A stretch of DNA of 64,000 nt from Octopus vulgaris. Lineage: Eukaryota. Positions 25,791-39,837 of the stretch are shown here, piece by piece; position 1 is the stretch's first letter, and every line of letters starts with the position of its first letter. The translations under genes were made by a program, and so were the position numbers. Location: NCBI GenBank assembly GCA_951406725.2, contig OX597829.1, positions 25,792,001 to 25,856,000 on the forward strand, written 5' to 3'. Below the pieces are notes generated by a model, which was given only the letters and a program-made list of their open reading frames with translations, had not been told where the DNA came from and ran no database searches.

Positions 25791-26501
25791 TATGATCTTA
25801 TCCAGCCTTCGTCTTCCAAAAACTGTTCCGGGGTGAGAACTTTGCCAGTTCGAGGAAATCTCTATATCTAGGAGAGTTTAGATGACTGTAGATCGATGTA
25901 ACAGTGCTACACATATTCGTCAGTGATCATTCTAACGTTTCTTCTGTGCCGGCCTGCTAAGTAGCGGAGACGTAACCATACTAACATGGGTTTTCAAGAG
26001 GTGAGAAGCAAACGCAAACTCACAAAGGTATATTTATACACATGCACGCACACGCATACACATAACGGACTTCCACACAGCTTCCGTCTACCAACTCCAC
26101 TTACGAGGCATTGGCTGCCCGGGACACTTCTTCAGGGTACCACACACTGGGACTGACCCCAAAACCATGTAGCAAACTTTTTCCCGTATATATGCATGTG
26201 ATATGCAGTAAACATAGCCAATGAATTCTCTTTAACGATCTCAGGTTACTAGGCTTAATTGATGTAAACATCAAAAAGTTCAGGATTTATAGAGGAGTAT
26301 TCTCACTTCTCTCATCTGTATGTACTGACTCTCGGGCCACTGCAGTGGGAACAGGAGTTGTTAAAGGGCGAACCGTGTCAGATGTTGTATAATGGTATCG
26401 GACACCACAACAATCGTGATCGGCATCATCATTATAAAGGAACACGAGACTTTAACAGGAATAAGTGTGAACCAGGACAAGTCACTGAACTTGCAACTCA
26501 A

Positions 26502-27183
26502 CTCCCGCAGGCGAAATATTTTTCTCAGGAGACTTCCGGATCTCAGTGATGAACTCATTTGCATACGGCCAATCAGAGCTCACCTTGAAAGTCCACATAT
26601 TGTGTACTACTACAGTGCATCCAGTCAGACATAGAATGACATATGCCACTCAGTGAGTACAACATGGCAGGTCTCACATAAGCACCCCCACTCCACTATC
26701 CTCATAGATCAATTGAGCGCCATCTCTATATGGAGCTAGCATTAGGTACCTATGTTCAGACTGACATTAGTGATACTGCATGTACCCACTGATATATGCA
26801 AGGTGGGCGCAATACAACACAACGCGGTATTGATTACGATGTTTCCAGATCAACACCAACATTTAAAATTAGGAATATACAAAATCAGTCAAGAAATTAG
26901 GAAACTACACTGATTTACATTTTCTAGTAAATTACGCAAATTGGCAACACTTATGGCATCATCAGTGAGCAGTTCTCTATTCACTTTATACACTAAATTT
27001 CACATTTGTGACCCCTATTGACCCGTTTGGAACAGTTTGATTTTGCTATAACGCACATTTTCCACGAATATTTTCGTGTCTAGGTGGACACTAGTTTGAT
27101 AGTTGAGTTCTGATTGGCTATATGCAAATGAGTTCATAACTGGGGTCCGGAATTCTCGTGGAAAATTTTTTCGCCTCCCGGAG
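26502..27183. repeat. ~80 bp inverted repeats (octamer + CCAAT in each) spaced ~520 bp; possible old non-autonomous DNA transposon
   Basis: 26502-26581 vs 27105-27183; ATTTGCAT 26557-64 / ATGCAAAT 27122-29; CCAAT 26569-73 / ATTGG 27113-17. Confidence 0.7.
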
Positions 27184-27184
27184 A

Positions 27185-28060
27185 GGCAAGTCCATGCCGT
27201 AAAATAATGTCGTGAAGCACTGGACAGACGGTTCTCTTACGTTGATTGGGGATGGGTTTGGGCCGGAGCTCCGGGTGGATAGGAACGGTAGAAACTGGGA
27301 AGTGGTTCCGAGCAAGGTAGCCAGTCTATCATTGAAAGATAGGGTAGAGGTGGTGAACACATATATCTCCTCTGAACACATATATATTTTTCACTTGACT
27401 AAGTTGGAGTATCTGTTCTTTCATTCCTTGTGAAAAGGATGTGTTCCAGTAATTTGGCGGTTCATCCAATGTCAACACTATATGAATGGAGGGCTCAGTG
27501 TATCATGGTTGCTGATAAGTAGATAAGCATCGAGTCTGCAATATCTAAAAGATTCTTACACAGTGAATAGATATGGTCACCCTTTATGACTCGCGTCTTT
27601 CGCTAGTTCATCTTTCTGATAGAGTTGAAGTTTTGGGTGAAGCTTAAACGAAGACTAAGGTTTGGCATTTGGAATTTTGTCAAGCTCTCATAACCACTTA
27701 TCAGTTGGATAATGCGGTCGGTGAAACGTCCTCGTCGGTGTTTTATAGAAGACTAGTAGAGGCGAAATCGACGATATTCGTCGTTGAGAGTCAACTGGCC
27801 GGTCTGTTCTGGAGAACTTTTGAACCAGGAACTATATATAACTTCCACAAATCCCTAACTAAGAAATACTGCTGAGCGGTATTGCCGGTTCGAGATAAAC
27901 GCTATAGGCGTGAAACTGCCATCAACCAGTTCCGTCTGAGATGCACGTATAGTGACATTTTGCACCTGCTTGTTCAATGTATGAGCATTTTTGACATGTG
28001 GAGCTTTGTCGAACAGGTGTTATCGCAAGAGATCTTTGGCCTAGCCATGCTACCGAAGGG
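27185..28060 (+). pseudogene. Decayed Tx1/L1-like LINE ORF2 3' fragment (relative of 8870-9939)
   Basis: LSLKDRVEVVNTYI, GGL, LAGLFWRTFEPGTIYNFHKSL, LPVRDKRYR align with the 8870-9279 peptide. Confidence 0.8.
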
Positions 28061-28626
28061 CATTACTGGTTCTAGATAAATTCTACAGGCATGGAAATAC
28101 CACCAGCTGGGCCTTCCTGAAATGCACGTAAACAACGAAACTGCTGACTTGTGGGTTTATTTCGATCTGCTGCTGGCCCGTGTAGGACAGATCTATTTAT
28201 CAAATCTGTCTTTCGCGAAGATCGCCCTAACACCTTCCTGTTGTTATTCCATAGCATTGGCATAGTTTCCAGAGTATATAGGTCCCAACTCTGTTATGTC
28301 GGTGAATATATTCCTTCTTAGCCAGAACCGAGCAGCCAGAGACAATATGATTTATTGTTTCTTGCCCTTGTATTTCTTTTTATTATGTGTTTCTAGTGGG
28401 GAGACTTTGATCTCTGCTTTGAGCCCTGAGCTTCTCAGTCATTGTTGAGATTTTGGTTTGTTTATTTCTTTTCTATTTAGCTTATCCCGATATTTACCAT
28501 GTAAGGACTTTTCTTGCCATCGTTATAGCATGATATTTTATTGTTCCAGTTTCAGTTTGGATTTCAGCTGTTTTACAGCTTTCGTCGTCGTCGTCGTCGT
28601 TGTCATCATCATCATCATCATCATCA

Positions 28627-28721
<95 letters not shown>

Positions 28722-28723
<2 letters not shown>

Positions 28724-28925
28724 GTCGGCGAGCTGGCAGAACCGTTAGCACGCTAGCAAAATGCTTAACGGCATTTCGTTCGTCTTTACGTTCTGAGTTC
28801 AAATTTAGCTGAGGTCAGCTTTACTTTTCATCCTATCAGATTCGAAAAATTAAGTACCAGATACGCACTGGAGTCGATGTTACCGAAATTTCCCAAATTT
28901 CAGACCTTGTGCCTATAGTAGAAAG

Positions 28926-29002
<77 letters not shown>

Positions 29003-29114
29003 ATATTAAGAAGTGTGTGACTGATATCGAATGAACAATATTTCTACACTTTGTGTGTCTTCCACAAGTTCAAAATAATCATATCAATCTACCTCATTTT
29101 AGTAATATTTAAGG

Positions 29115-29188
<74 letters not shown>

Positions 29189-31070
29189 TAAGGCGGCGAG
29201 CTGGCTGATTCGTTAGCACACCGGACAAAATGCTTGACGGCATTTCGTCCGTTTTTACGTTCCGAGTTCTAATTCCACCGAGGTCGACTTTGCCTTTCAT
29301 GTATTCAGAGTCGATAAAATAAGTACCAGTTGAGCAGCGGAGTCGATGTTTCTACTGCCCCTCCCCACAAAAATCTGTTGGTTTTGTGTTTATATTAGAA
29401 AAGATTATTATTATTTTCATCATCATCATCATCATAATCATAATCAATATCACTATTATTCGTCACTGACAAAAATAATTATTTAAAGTCTCATAACCTT
29501 TTGATATTTACATTCTTGCTTTTTTTTTCTTTTTGTTTAATTTTTGATGTTTGACATCATCTTGTACAATGAAAAATGAAAAGAACAACCGTTTAAAGAA
29601 TAGACGAATTAATAAGTATTAATTTATTATAATAAATAAATACTGTTAATCGCATTGCTAAATTCTTCTTAACTATGACCCCGCTGACATAAATAATCTT
29701 TGATTTAGAAACAATAATATTACCTCCAATAATCTTTAATTTCTCTCGCCATACTGTTTTATTGAATAGCCACATAATCGACTTCCAATGAATAACAAAT
29801 GTTTATTTCTTTATTGTCCACAAGGGGCTAAACATAGAAGGGACAAACAAGGACAGACAAAGGGATTAAGTCGACTACATCGACTCCAGTGTGTAACTGG
29901 TACTTATTTAATCGACCCCGAAAGGATGAAAGGCAAAGTCGACCTCACTTTGAACCCAGAACGTAAAGACGGAAGAAATGCCGCTAAGCATTTTGCCCGG
30001 CGTGCTTAGGATTCTTATTTCTTTATTGCCCACAAGAGGCTAAACATAGAAGGGACAAACAAGGACAGACAAAGGGATTAAGTCGACTACATCGACTCCA
30101 GTGTGTAACTGGTACTTATTTAATCGACCCCGAAAGGATGAAAGGCAAAGTCGACCTCGGCGGAATTTGAACTCAGAACGTAAATGAGTAACAGACATCA
30201 AACATCTAAATCTGCGCTCTAGTGACCACCAACATTGTTACTATACGTCTAAAAGTAGGTACTATGTATAAATCCCCCGAGTGACGAACTGAGCTCAATT
30301 TTAACTTTTTTTATGTATATGTTGTAAATGTGCGCTACAAAGTTTGGCAAGTTCTTGTCTCGCCTGGTACAAAGTACACAAACCTCTCTTTTATTACAAG
30401 GCGTGGGTTTTCTGTCACTTTCTTCCCCATGGTGATAGTTATATAACTAATTTCAAATTTTGGTTCAAGGCCAGCAACTTCGGGGTAGTGGGTAAGTCGA
30501 TTACATCTACCGCAGTGTTCAACTGGTAATTATTTTATCGCCCCTGAAAGGATGAAAGACAAAGTCGACCTCGGTGCAATTTGAACTCAGAACGTAGCGA
30601 CGGGCGAAATACCTCTATGCATTTCGCTCCTTGATCATAGTAATATAATCAAGTTGCTGAAACTGGGACCTTATACCAATGTATAACACATTATTATCAG
30701 ACAAAAAGGCGGCAAGTTGGCAGAATCGTTAGAGCGCCAGATAAAATGCTTAGCAGCATCTCTTCTGCCTTTCGCCGTGAGTTCTAGGTCTGCTGAGGTC
30801 GACTTTGCCTTTCATCCTTCCAGAGTTGATGAAAAAAAGTACTAGTCAAGAACTGGAGTCGATTTAATCGACTAGCCTCCCTCCCTACAAATTTCAAGTC
30901 TTATAACCATAGCAGAAAGAATTGTTACCACTCAAAAGATATCGCGGTATTTAATTAAACTTCCTTGCGTTATGAGTTCAAATCCCGCTAGTCGACGTAG
31001 CTTTTCACCCTTCTGCCGCGTATAAGATATGTTTCAGTCAAGTACTGGGACCAATTTAATCAGCTGAACT
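28722..31070. mobile_element. Cluster of at least 7 family-B SINE copies in both orientations
   Basis: ggcggcgagctggcagaa..gttctgagttcaaat..gaggtcgactttgcctttcatcc at 28722, 29190 and 30707 (+); 29803-30005, 30015-30182 and 30455-30628 (-); fragment near 30970. Confidence 0.9.
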
Positions 31071-32228
31071 ACTTACCACCGTCACCACCATAATATCGAA
31101 TGGATTTCCCCAATGCGCCACGTATTTACATAAATGCTTAAATCGTATTTACATAAAGTTTTCGTTACACTGAAAGGGACAGAATAGGATATTTACAGTT
31201 CAAGGTCGGAGAAAATACAAACCACAAGACCATGATCGGTGAGATATGCAAAGATATATTTCTTTACTGCCCACAAGGGGCTAAACATAGAGGGGACACG
31301 CAATTAGAAACAATAGGTGGCAGTTCTAATTAGAGAAGAAAATTTAGACAAAATCCATTAGTTTTAGAGAGAAGCAATAGAGTAGTAGATAAATCGCAGA
31401 GTTTACCGAGAAAGGCATCGTCTACGATTTGTAAGTTGCAAGAATGTCTGTAAACCATTTCTTCGTTGCGAAACGCAAAGGTTGTGTTGTCTGAGCTAAG
31501 ATACATTCACATAGACACGTGGTAATAGAAGCTATTGAACATGACCGTATGGTGGAGGTACAGCGTACTTCTAAAATGACATTTCGGACTTTGATTGACC
31601 GCAGAGGACACCTGGTACCCAATCCAAATCTACTATAGGAAATACTTTGCTGAACTGTTCGTGAGAAGTGGAAGCAATAGGTTTCTGTCTGCCATGAACA
31701 CTTCATAGCCTTCTGCCTCAACAAAGACAACAAAAAACACCAGCCGCAAAAGCAACTGCAACAACAGCGTTCAACTTCAGCAAAAGTGGTTGTAGCGCCA
31801 TCTTCAGGAATGACTGTAGCATTTGCATCAACACAGCACCACCAACAACAATAACAGCAACAAAAACGACAAAAGATGCGCTGCTTTCAAAGGCTGTCAC
31901 ATCGCCGACAACAGCAACAGCCACAGTAACAGAAAACCACAAAAAAGCCATATGCAAAAAAGAAACTGCGATATTTGAAGAAACATTAGAGATGCGTCTA
32001 AAGGATGATGCACCAACACTGTTTCTAACAGCAACAATATCAATATTTTCACCACCACTGACCCTACAAACACAACCAAATTCACACCCATACAAACAGC
32101 CAGAACAACATCTGTAACATCAACAGAGAAAAATTAATTACATCATGGCTGTAGACACAAACAACAAAAAGTTTATAAACCACAAACATTTCCCACGATG
32201 ACTGATGACTACATCACAGCAACGAATA

Positions 32229-32387
32229 ATGGCGTGGCTGTGTGGCAAGAAGCTTACTTCCTATCGACACGGTTCTGGGTTCAGTCCCATTGCGTGGCAC
32301 CTTGGGCAAGTGTCTTCTACTATAGTCTCGGGCCGACCAAAGCCTTGTGAGTGGATTTGGTAAACGGAAACTGAAAGAAGCCCGCCG

Positions 32388-32455
<68 letters not shown>

Positions 32456-32632
32456 TATGCGTGTGTGTGTATGCGTGCGTTCCCTCCACCATCGCTTGAC
32501 AATCGATGTTAGTATGTTTACGTCCCCGTAACTTGGCAGTTCGACAAAGAAGCGATAGAATAAGTCTTTCTTTGACTAAAGGTGGTGTTCCAGCATGGCC
32601 ACAGTCAAATGACTGAAACGAGTAAAAGAGCA
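32229..32632 (+). mobile_element. SINE family A
   Basis: ggcgtggctgtgtgg head, B-box, internal (TA)(TG), tail gactgaaacgagtaaaagag. Confidence 0.9.
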
Positions 32633-32839
32633 CATAAAAATGATCAAAACTACACAAAATAGATTTAACCTTTTCAAAACCAAATAATCTAATGGAATTA
32701 GAGATTTCTGGAGGAATGTTAACACCAGTCTCTACAAACTGCTACTTGTAGAAACATCCACAACTAGCCATAAGGACGGAACATCTGTCCTTCCAGTGGA
32801 CTATGGTTAGAGGTTCTTCTCAGTTTCATCCATCATACT

Positions 32840-33530
32840 TGACATGGTCTTACTCAGAATTGTGTATGTACGTGATCTGGGATCACCTTGGAAAAAAAGA
32901 GCACCTGCTCAACGATCTCCAGCCATTAGGTACAGAGTGGTGACCTTCGGCGAAACCAGGATTTCCCTCAGTATCTACAAGGTGCATGCATCTTCAAGTC
33001 TGCAGGGATCGGTAGTGGGGGAGTTGCGGTATTGTTTCGGGAAGGACTGGTTCTAGTGATACGGGCCATTTTCCTGAACTCAGAAGGTTAATAACAACAA
33101 AGCCTGCACTTTTTTTTTTAGACCAGCAGCCTCTACTCTGACAATGGCAGTGCGGCCAAATTTTTTGAGGCGTCTATGGCTCTTCCCAGGAATATTCTTA
33201 GTACTAGACGGGGAATCGAACACCGTATTTGATGCACATTTGGACTGTAAGAGAGGTTAGTAGATAGGAATTGGAATGTAAAAGTCTCACAAACATGCTC
33301 ACATACTTCTTACTATCTGACAATTATCGATAGACTGGTTGTACGTAATTCAAAGTATTCAGCTGCAGAGACCACAAATTTATGATCTGTACAGTCGACT
33401 TAGTTACGCTTAATAGACAAGGACTTGTCATATTAAGCTAATGAACACCGGATTAGAGAATTAGTTAAGTGGGTATTGACAGAGGCAATCCCCAACAATA
33501 AATGGTACCCTTCGTTTTTAAAGGGCGATT
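32840..33530 (+). pseudogene. Highly decayed Tx1-like APE endonuclease remnant
   Basis: LRIVYVRDLGSPWK (N.RGL-like start), FGETR, and a later N.VFDAHLD..LSD.YR segment paralleling the 60178-60612 peptide. Confidence 0.5.
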
Positions 33531-34218
33531 TGAGCTGGCCCGAGGCTCAATGATTTGCCCAAGGTACCACGAGACCACGTGGTTGCAAAGCCATACAGCC
33601 ATACCTACGCCTGAAGGAAAAAATTGTTAAAGACAGAAAAAAAAAAAAAACAGAAAGAATTCTACTTCCTTTTCGTATTTAAAATTGAAAACATTTTAAT
33701 TTCTTCTTTGTAAATTGTAAGTTTTCTCTTTAAACAGGATTCTCCTTCTCTCAGAATTAGGAAAAGAACTCGAAATTATTCTGTCCGTTGAGTTTTGTAA
33801 ATTACTTTTTAAGTACGGAGTAAGCTGTTTTCTTTATACTGTTTGCACGTTTCCATGACCCTTCGTTTCTTTTTCTTTACTTACTTCTCTCTTCTTTTCC
33901 TCCTTTTTTTCTCACTCTCCCCCTATAAACATAATTATACTACAGCATTCAGTATATTATACTTAAATCAGATACATTACAAATTTACTGCGGTATTCTT
34001 ACTGATATTAATATCTCTTGTAGACGTACACTGTTAAATTACACAAAAATTTAAGTAAAAAAAACAAAACACAATAAGAGATATCATCGCAGGACGTCTG
34101 CAACAGTAAATTTGCTCTCTGTCACATTCTGCATTGAGTGTGATATGCAGGTAGCTATTTTAAACTAATACTGCTTCTGTTGCACATAGCAAACGATTAG
34201 GCTTCATTCATTTTATAT

Positions 34219-34455
34219 TCTTATTTCTTTATTGCCCACAAGGGGGCTAAACACAGAGGGGACAAACAAGGAAAGACAAAGGGATTAAGTCGATTATATC
34301 GACCCCAGTGCGTAACTGGTACTTAATTTATCGACCCTGAAAGGATGAAAGGCAAAGTCGACCTCGGCGGAATTTGAGCTCAGAACGCAACGGCAGACGA
34401 AATACTGCTAAGCATTTCGTCCGGCATACTAACGTTTCTGCCAGCTTGCCGCCTT
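34219..34455 (-). mobile_element. SINE family B, full length
   Basis: Reverse complement of the 37471-37691 copy, including the ccccttgtgggcaataaagaaataag tail. Confidence 0.92.
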
Positions 34456-34673
34456 AATTTTTATATTCTGTTACTTTCCTCCTCTTCCCTTTTTTAATTA
34501 TCTTTTTGCTTTCTTTCTCTTTCTCCATTTCCATTTTATTATCATTTTGCTTTCTTTCTTCATTTACATTTTAATATCTTTTCTATAGTACATATTGTAC
34601 TATAGTCCTAGATCACTATGACTGATCGACAAATTGTTGGAAACACCTTTGATCAGTCACAATTGACTTAGGG

Positions 34674-34841
34674 CAGTGTTCCGCAACCTTTTTTTCACTT
34701 GTGGTACACATATATTCTTTTCAAAACTTGGTGGCACACCCGAACTAAAAATATAATTAAAAGTATAGGGTGGAAAAATATATTCTGGTTACAATGCGGC
34801 ACACCAGTGTGCCGCGGCAATACAGTTTCTTTTGAGCACTG
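34674..34841. mobile_element. hAT-type MITE (168 bp)
   Basis: Ends CAGTGTT...AGCACTG; 8 bp TSD acttaggg/gcttaggg (7/8 match); subterminal gcggcacac-ca-gtgtgccgc palindrome. Confidence 0.8.
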
Positions 34842-34941
34842 GCTTAGGGCTAAACGATCAAAACAATCATTACTGTCGTTACCACTGACCTTCTCTAGTT
34901 GCACCGATCAATCCGCACATTCCTTTTATTTGCCTTAACAC

Positions 34942-35625
34942 AAGGGCTGTCGCTAAGCCCTTGCAACCCCTGCGGTCGCAGGGGACCTCCGAGATTGAGA
35001 GGCCCCATGTTAAGATCAAAGTGCGTAGATGAGTCATCTATTTACTTTGCTTTAGATGTTGAACAATAATTAAACTATTTTAACGAAAATTTCAAGAAAT
35101 TCAAGAAATAAAATGTCAATGTAATCTTACCCCTACCCCTAAAATTGTTGGCCATGTGCCCAAATTTGAAATAGTTATATTTAATCACACGGCAAAAAAA
35201 AAAAAAATGCAAAAGTTCTTGTAAAAATATTGCCTTGTGTCACGAACATGTACCAGATTTTGTGGATTGTCTATGATATCTACTGAACACAAAACTTAGC
35301 TCTCAGCTTGATTATTTTGAACTGATCGATGGTTTCGCGAAGCGAAAAGTGCGCCATGTTTGTCTTTGAAAGTTGCCTGGATTATAAAAGTGCTCTTTTA
35401 TTCATATCTGGAAGTTTTACTTGTTGAAATTTGTAATAGGCCTAAATAAATTTAACTTCTTGTACTTCAAAAGATGTTCTTTAGGATAACGTGAAATATT
35501 GAACTTCAGATAAAATAAATATAGTTATGAATAAAAAGGTGCGTAGATTATGAATTTTGATTGAAGGGATATGGCCTCGAAACAAAAAGTTGCAGGGGGC
35601 CTCTAAAAGTCACGCGACGGAGCTG
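34942..35625. mobile_element. hAT-type non-autonomous element (684 bp)
   Basis: Perfect 8 bp TSD cttaacac (34934-41, 35626-33); imperfect TIRs aagggctgtcgc / gcgacggagctg. Confidence 0.82.
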
Positions 35626-35655
35626 CTTAACACTACCATTGCCTGTTACACACAT

Positions 35656-35693
<38 letters not shown>

Positions 35694-36569
35694 ACACACA
35701 CCGAGTTTCCCCGGTATGTTTACAATATCCCGTACATCACTTTCAGCTAAAGTGCTACCATCTGCACCCACACTTTCACCCGCCATCCACCCACCCACCC
35801 ACCCAAATTATAACCTTTCTACTGTCATTGTCACACTCACCACCACCACCACCATCATCATGGTCATCATAATCATAAACCAACACCTCTACGTGCAGGT
35901 CACTCGACCTGCTAGAAATAGCAACGAAATTTCTCTTACACTATACCCCTATGGTCTTAAAATACAGAAGGATATAACAGACAAAAAATAAATAAATAAA
36001 TAAATAAACGGGATAGTATTATTTGGGGAGGCCTTGTTTCCGTCACCTCTCTTCCGGATCACGGCTGACCTGGGGCTAAACAACAACATTCATGGATACC
36101 CATTCCTCCAAATACCCAATATTATTTAGAGTTAACAGCGCCACTCATTACCAATACCGCCAATAATTTACCGCCGCCATCACCACTATTACTATAACCG
36201 ACACCACCCTCACCGTCACTCCACTTCTCCAATACCACCACCACCACCAACACCACCACCACCGTCGTTACTGTCATCAACGCCGCTGTCCTCGCCTTTA
36301 CCAACTCTTTCGTAGGTATGTGTAGGTTTTTGAGGGGATTCCTCCCCCTCAACTCAACCCCCTTACCCATCCTGTTCTCTCTACCCCTACTGAACTATCA
36401 ATGACCGCGCAAGAAGGGAGGAAAGGAGAAGGAGTAAGGAGAAAGGGGGGGGTCACACTGCCCTGGCTTATTATTACTTATACTTGTATTAAATAAACCT
36501 TTTTTTTTTTTTTTTTTCTCTTGAGGGGAAACCAGCTCAGCGGAATGTCAGGTAGTACCTTCTAGCATT

Positions 36570-37030
36570 GGTGGCGATGACGGGAGACGGTGGAGGAGGG
36601 GGAGGAGGCGGCAGTAGCGGTGGTGGTGGAGGTGGTGGTGGTGGTGGTGGTGGTGGTGGTGGTGGAGCTGATTAGGGTGGTAGTGGTGTGATGAGTGAGT
36701 ATAGCGACTCTGGTAGTAGTAGCTGTATTATTTGTCAGAGGTGATGGTGGTGGTGGTGGTGGTGGTGGTGGTGGTTGTGATGGTGGTGGTGGTGGTGGTG
36801 GTGATGATAGTCATGATGATTGCAGTGAGACTGTAGTGATGGTTGAAGATGGTAGGTGGAGAGTATAGGGACGGTGGTGATGATGGTAAAGGCTGTGGTG
36901 GTGGTGATGGTGGTAGCAGAGGCAGCGGCAGCGGCGGCGGCGGCGGCGGTAGTGTTGGTGATGGTGGTGGTGGTGGTGGTGTTGATAAAGCTGGTTATGA
37001 GGTGGGGGGAATGTTAGGTGGAAGTGGTAA
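36570..37030. repeat. Degenerate (GGT)n-rich low-complexity tract
   Basis: Multiple GGT/GGC/GGA runs; a complementary-type (ACC)-rich tract lies at 36160-36270. Confidence 0.9.
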
Positions 37031-37305
37031 CAAAACGGTAAAATTTGTAAGTCGATAGGAGAAGGAGGATTGATATTAGACGAGGTACACACACACACAC
37101 ATACACATGCATACACACGCGCGCGCACACACACACATTCACAAACGCACGCACGCACACACACACACACACTAACATGCATACACTGATATTACAGCGA
37201 TATGTTACGAGTAAATATACAGTCACATACTAACATATGCATACACACTAACAGACAAGCATTCTTACATGCATTAACATGCACACGCACATACACGCAC
37301 ACACG

Positions 37306-37362
<57 letters not shown>

Positions 37363-37470
37363 ATATATACATTTATTTATTTATAATAAATATATTTATA
37401 ATTATATATACACACGTATTTATAATTATATATACACACTAAGATATATACACACACATATATATGCATA

Positions 37471-37691
37471 AGGCGGCGAGCTGGCAGAAACGTTAGCACG
37501 CCGGGCGAAATGCGTGGCCGTACTTCGTCTGCCGTTACGTTCTGAGTTCAAATTCCGCCGAGGTCGACTTTGCCTTTCATCCTTTCGGGGTCGATAAATT
37601 AAGCACCAGTTGCGCACTGGGGTCGATGTAATCGACTTAATCCCTTGTTTGTCCTCTCTGTGTTTAGCCCCTTGTGGGTAGTAAAGAAATA
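37471..37691 (+). mobile_element. SINE family B, full length
   Basis: tRNA-like head (A-box gctggcagaaacg, B-box gagttcaaattc), body gtcgactttgcctttcatcctttcgggg, tail aaagaaata. Confidence 0.92.
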
Positions 37692-38043
37692 TATATATAT
37701 GCATACACGTATACACACACTCCCTAGCGTTCTAGCAAACATACACGCACTAACGTACATACACACATATACGTACACACACACATTTACAAGCACTGGC
37801 GTACTTACAAACATATTAACGTACATGCACACATGTACGTACGCAAAACTTTTACAAAACGCGCACACATTCATATTAACATATTAACTCACATGCACAA
37901 ACACTCCAATATACAGAGAACACATACATACTAATATATACACACTAACATGCACTAATATATACATACGCAAACTCAAACAAACGCATGAACATACATA
38001 TTAACACACATGCACCAACATACGCACACTATTATATACATAT

Positions 38044-38214
38044 AGGCGCAGGAGTGGCTGTGTGGTAAGTAGCTTGCTAACCAACCACATGGTTGCGGGT
38101 TCAGTCCCACTGCGTGGCATCTTGGGCGAGTGTCTTCTGCTATAGCCCCGGGCCGACCAATGCCTTGTGAGTGGATTTGGTAGACGGAAACTGAAAGAAG
38201 CTTGTCGTATATAT

Positions 38215-38254
<40 letters not shown>

Positions 38255-38473
38255 TTGTGTGTCTGTGTTTGTCCTCCCAGCATTGCTTGACAACCGATGC
38301 TGGTGTGTTTACGTCCCCGTCACTTAGCGGTTCGGCAAAAGAGACCGATAGAATAAGTACTGGGCTTACAAAGAATAAGTCCCGGGGTCGATTTGTTCGA
38401 CTAAATGCGGTGCTCCAGCATGGCCGCAGTCAAATGACTGAAACAAGTAAAAGAGTAAAAAGAGTAAAAGAGT
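38044..38473 (+). mobile_element. SINE family A, full length
   Basis: Nearly identical to 54334-54742; (GTAAAAGA)n tail. Confidence 0.93.
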
Positions 38474-38811
38474 ATACGCAAACTCAAACAAACGCATGAA
38501 CATACATATTAACATACGCACACTATTATAAACATAAGCAGCCAATAAAAAAACAAAACCGGTTAAAATCGATCCTCATCTGAAGCTGTCTGAAAAGTCA
38601 TCCTGGGCCTCGTAGCCTCATTTCTCTGTCATACTAAATACATAATAGATAATGGTTAAATATATTTATTGATTCATAAACATAAGCTGTTTTGGTGGTG
38701 ATTATATATAGACGTGGTTTTGTAGCATGAAGTTTGCTTCCCAACTACATGACCTCGGGTTCAGTCCCACTGTGTGGAACCTTGGACAAGCACCTTCTAC
38801 TGTAGCGCCTA

Positions 38812-39010
38812 TGACAGCGGAGACCTCCGGCGTAATCCGACCCCCACCCCCCGCTGTCAGGGTGGAAATTGCTGTCCGCAAGTGCGAGCCCCTTGCGTCA
38901 GAGTGGCTGTTCCAGCGCATCTTCCTTCCCATCCTCCGGGGCAACGCCTTTTCCATTTTGTCTGCTGGGACCATCAAGCGGTCTGAATTAAAGGAAATCG
39001 AGAGAATGTA
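38812..39010 (+). pseudogene. 3' fragment of a CRE-like (restriction-like endonuclease) non-LTR retrotransposon inserted in a SINE
   Basis: EPLASEWLFQRIFLPILRGNAFSIL resembles the CRE-clade C-terminal L.QRIS.AIQRGNA..I motif. GC-rich; splits a family-A SINE (38705-38810 / 39103-39155). Confidence 0.6.
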
Positions 39011-39567
39011 AGCTTACTGTACGAACAATATAATTTTGTTTTAGAGAAATTTGACAGCATCGTCAAACTACTCTAGGGTGTGTGTGCGTGTGGGGTGGTG
39101 GAGGTCGAACAAAAGCCTTGTGAGTGGATATGGCAGACGGAAACTGAAAGAAGCTCATTATATATCTTTTCATCTTTTACCTTTTCCAGTTATTGAACTG
39201 CGGCCATAGTGCGGCAGAGCACTGAAGAGTTTTGACGAACAAATCGACCCTACTACTTTTGTTTTTTTAAAGTTGGTGCTTATTCTATCGGACCCCATTT
39301 TCCCCAAATCTCTAAACTGTGGGGACCGAAACAAACCAACACTGGTTGTCAGACAGTGGTTGGGGACAAAGGCGCACATAAAGACACACACTTAGGTATA
39401 CTCGAATGCTCGAAATGAGGAGTAGATAGACAGCCGACAACTGATGAAGAGTCGTTTCTCTGTGTTTATTTGTCCTGTTTTCCATTTTTCTCTCGTTGTT
39501 TACATATTTCATGTTGTTTACACAGTTGGTGACGTCCTGTACCCATATATGCATATGTATGTGTGTG

Positions 39568-39604
<37 letters not shown>

Positions 39605-39606
<2 letters not shown>

Positions 39607-39740
39607 AGAATTAAAAAAAAAACAAAAAACAAAAGACGAAGACGGGTGTGTAAACAACAAACGGATGTATTAGTGTAACGCTCGGAAAGTGAGAAAGTCT
39701 TTTACGTTTCGAGCCTACGCTCTTCCACAGAAAGGAACAC
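39605..39740 (-). mobile_element. HHR-like module family H2 (core CTGTGGA, 39699-39734)
   Basis: Reverse complement: CTTT-CTGTGGA-A-GAGC-GTAG-GCTC-GAAAC-GTA-AAAG. Confidence 0.6.
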
Positions 39741-39749
39741 ACACACACG

Positions 39750-39837
<88 letters not shown>

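Noticed and set aside
31290-32160. Possible LINE ORF1 remnant / Thr-Ala-rich ORF
   Set aside because: Low complexity with many stops; no diagnostic motif.
36500-36560. Possible 26 bp micro-exon after a poly-T tract
   Set aside because: Weak GAG acceptor and donor, and no supporting homology.
39441-39460. CTGATGA core-like motif
   Set aside because: No GAAA or stem III downstream.
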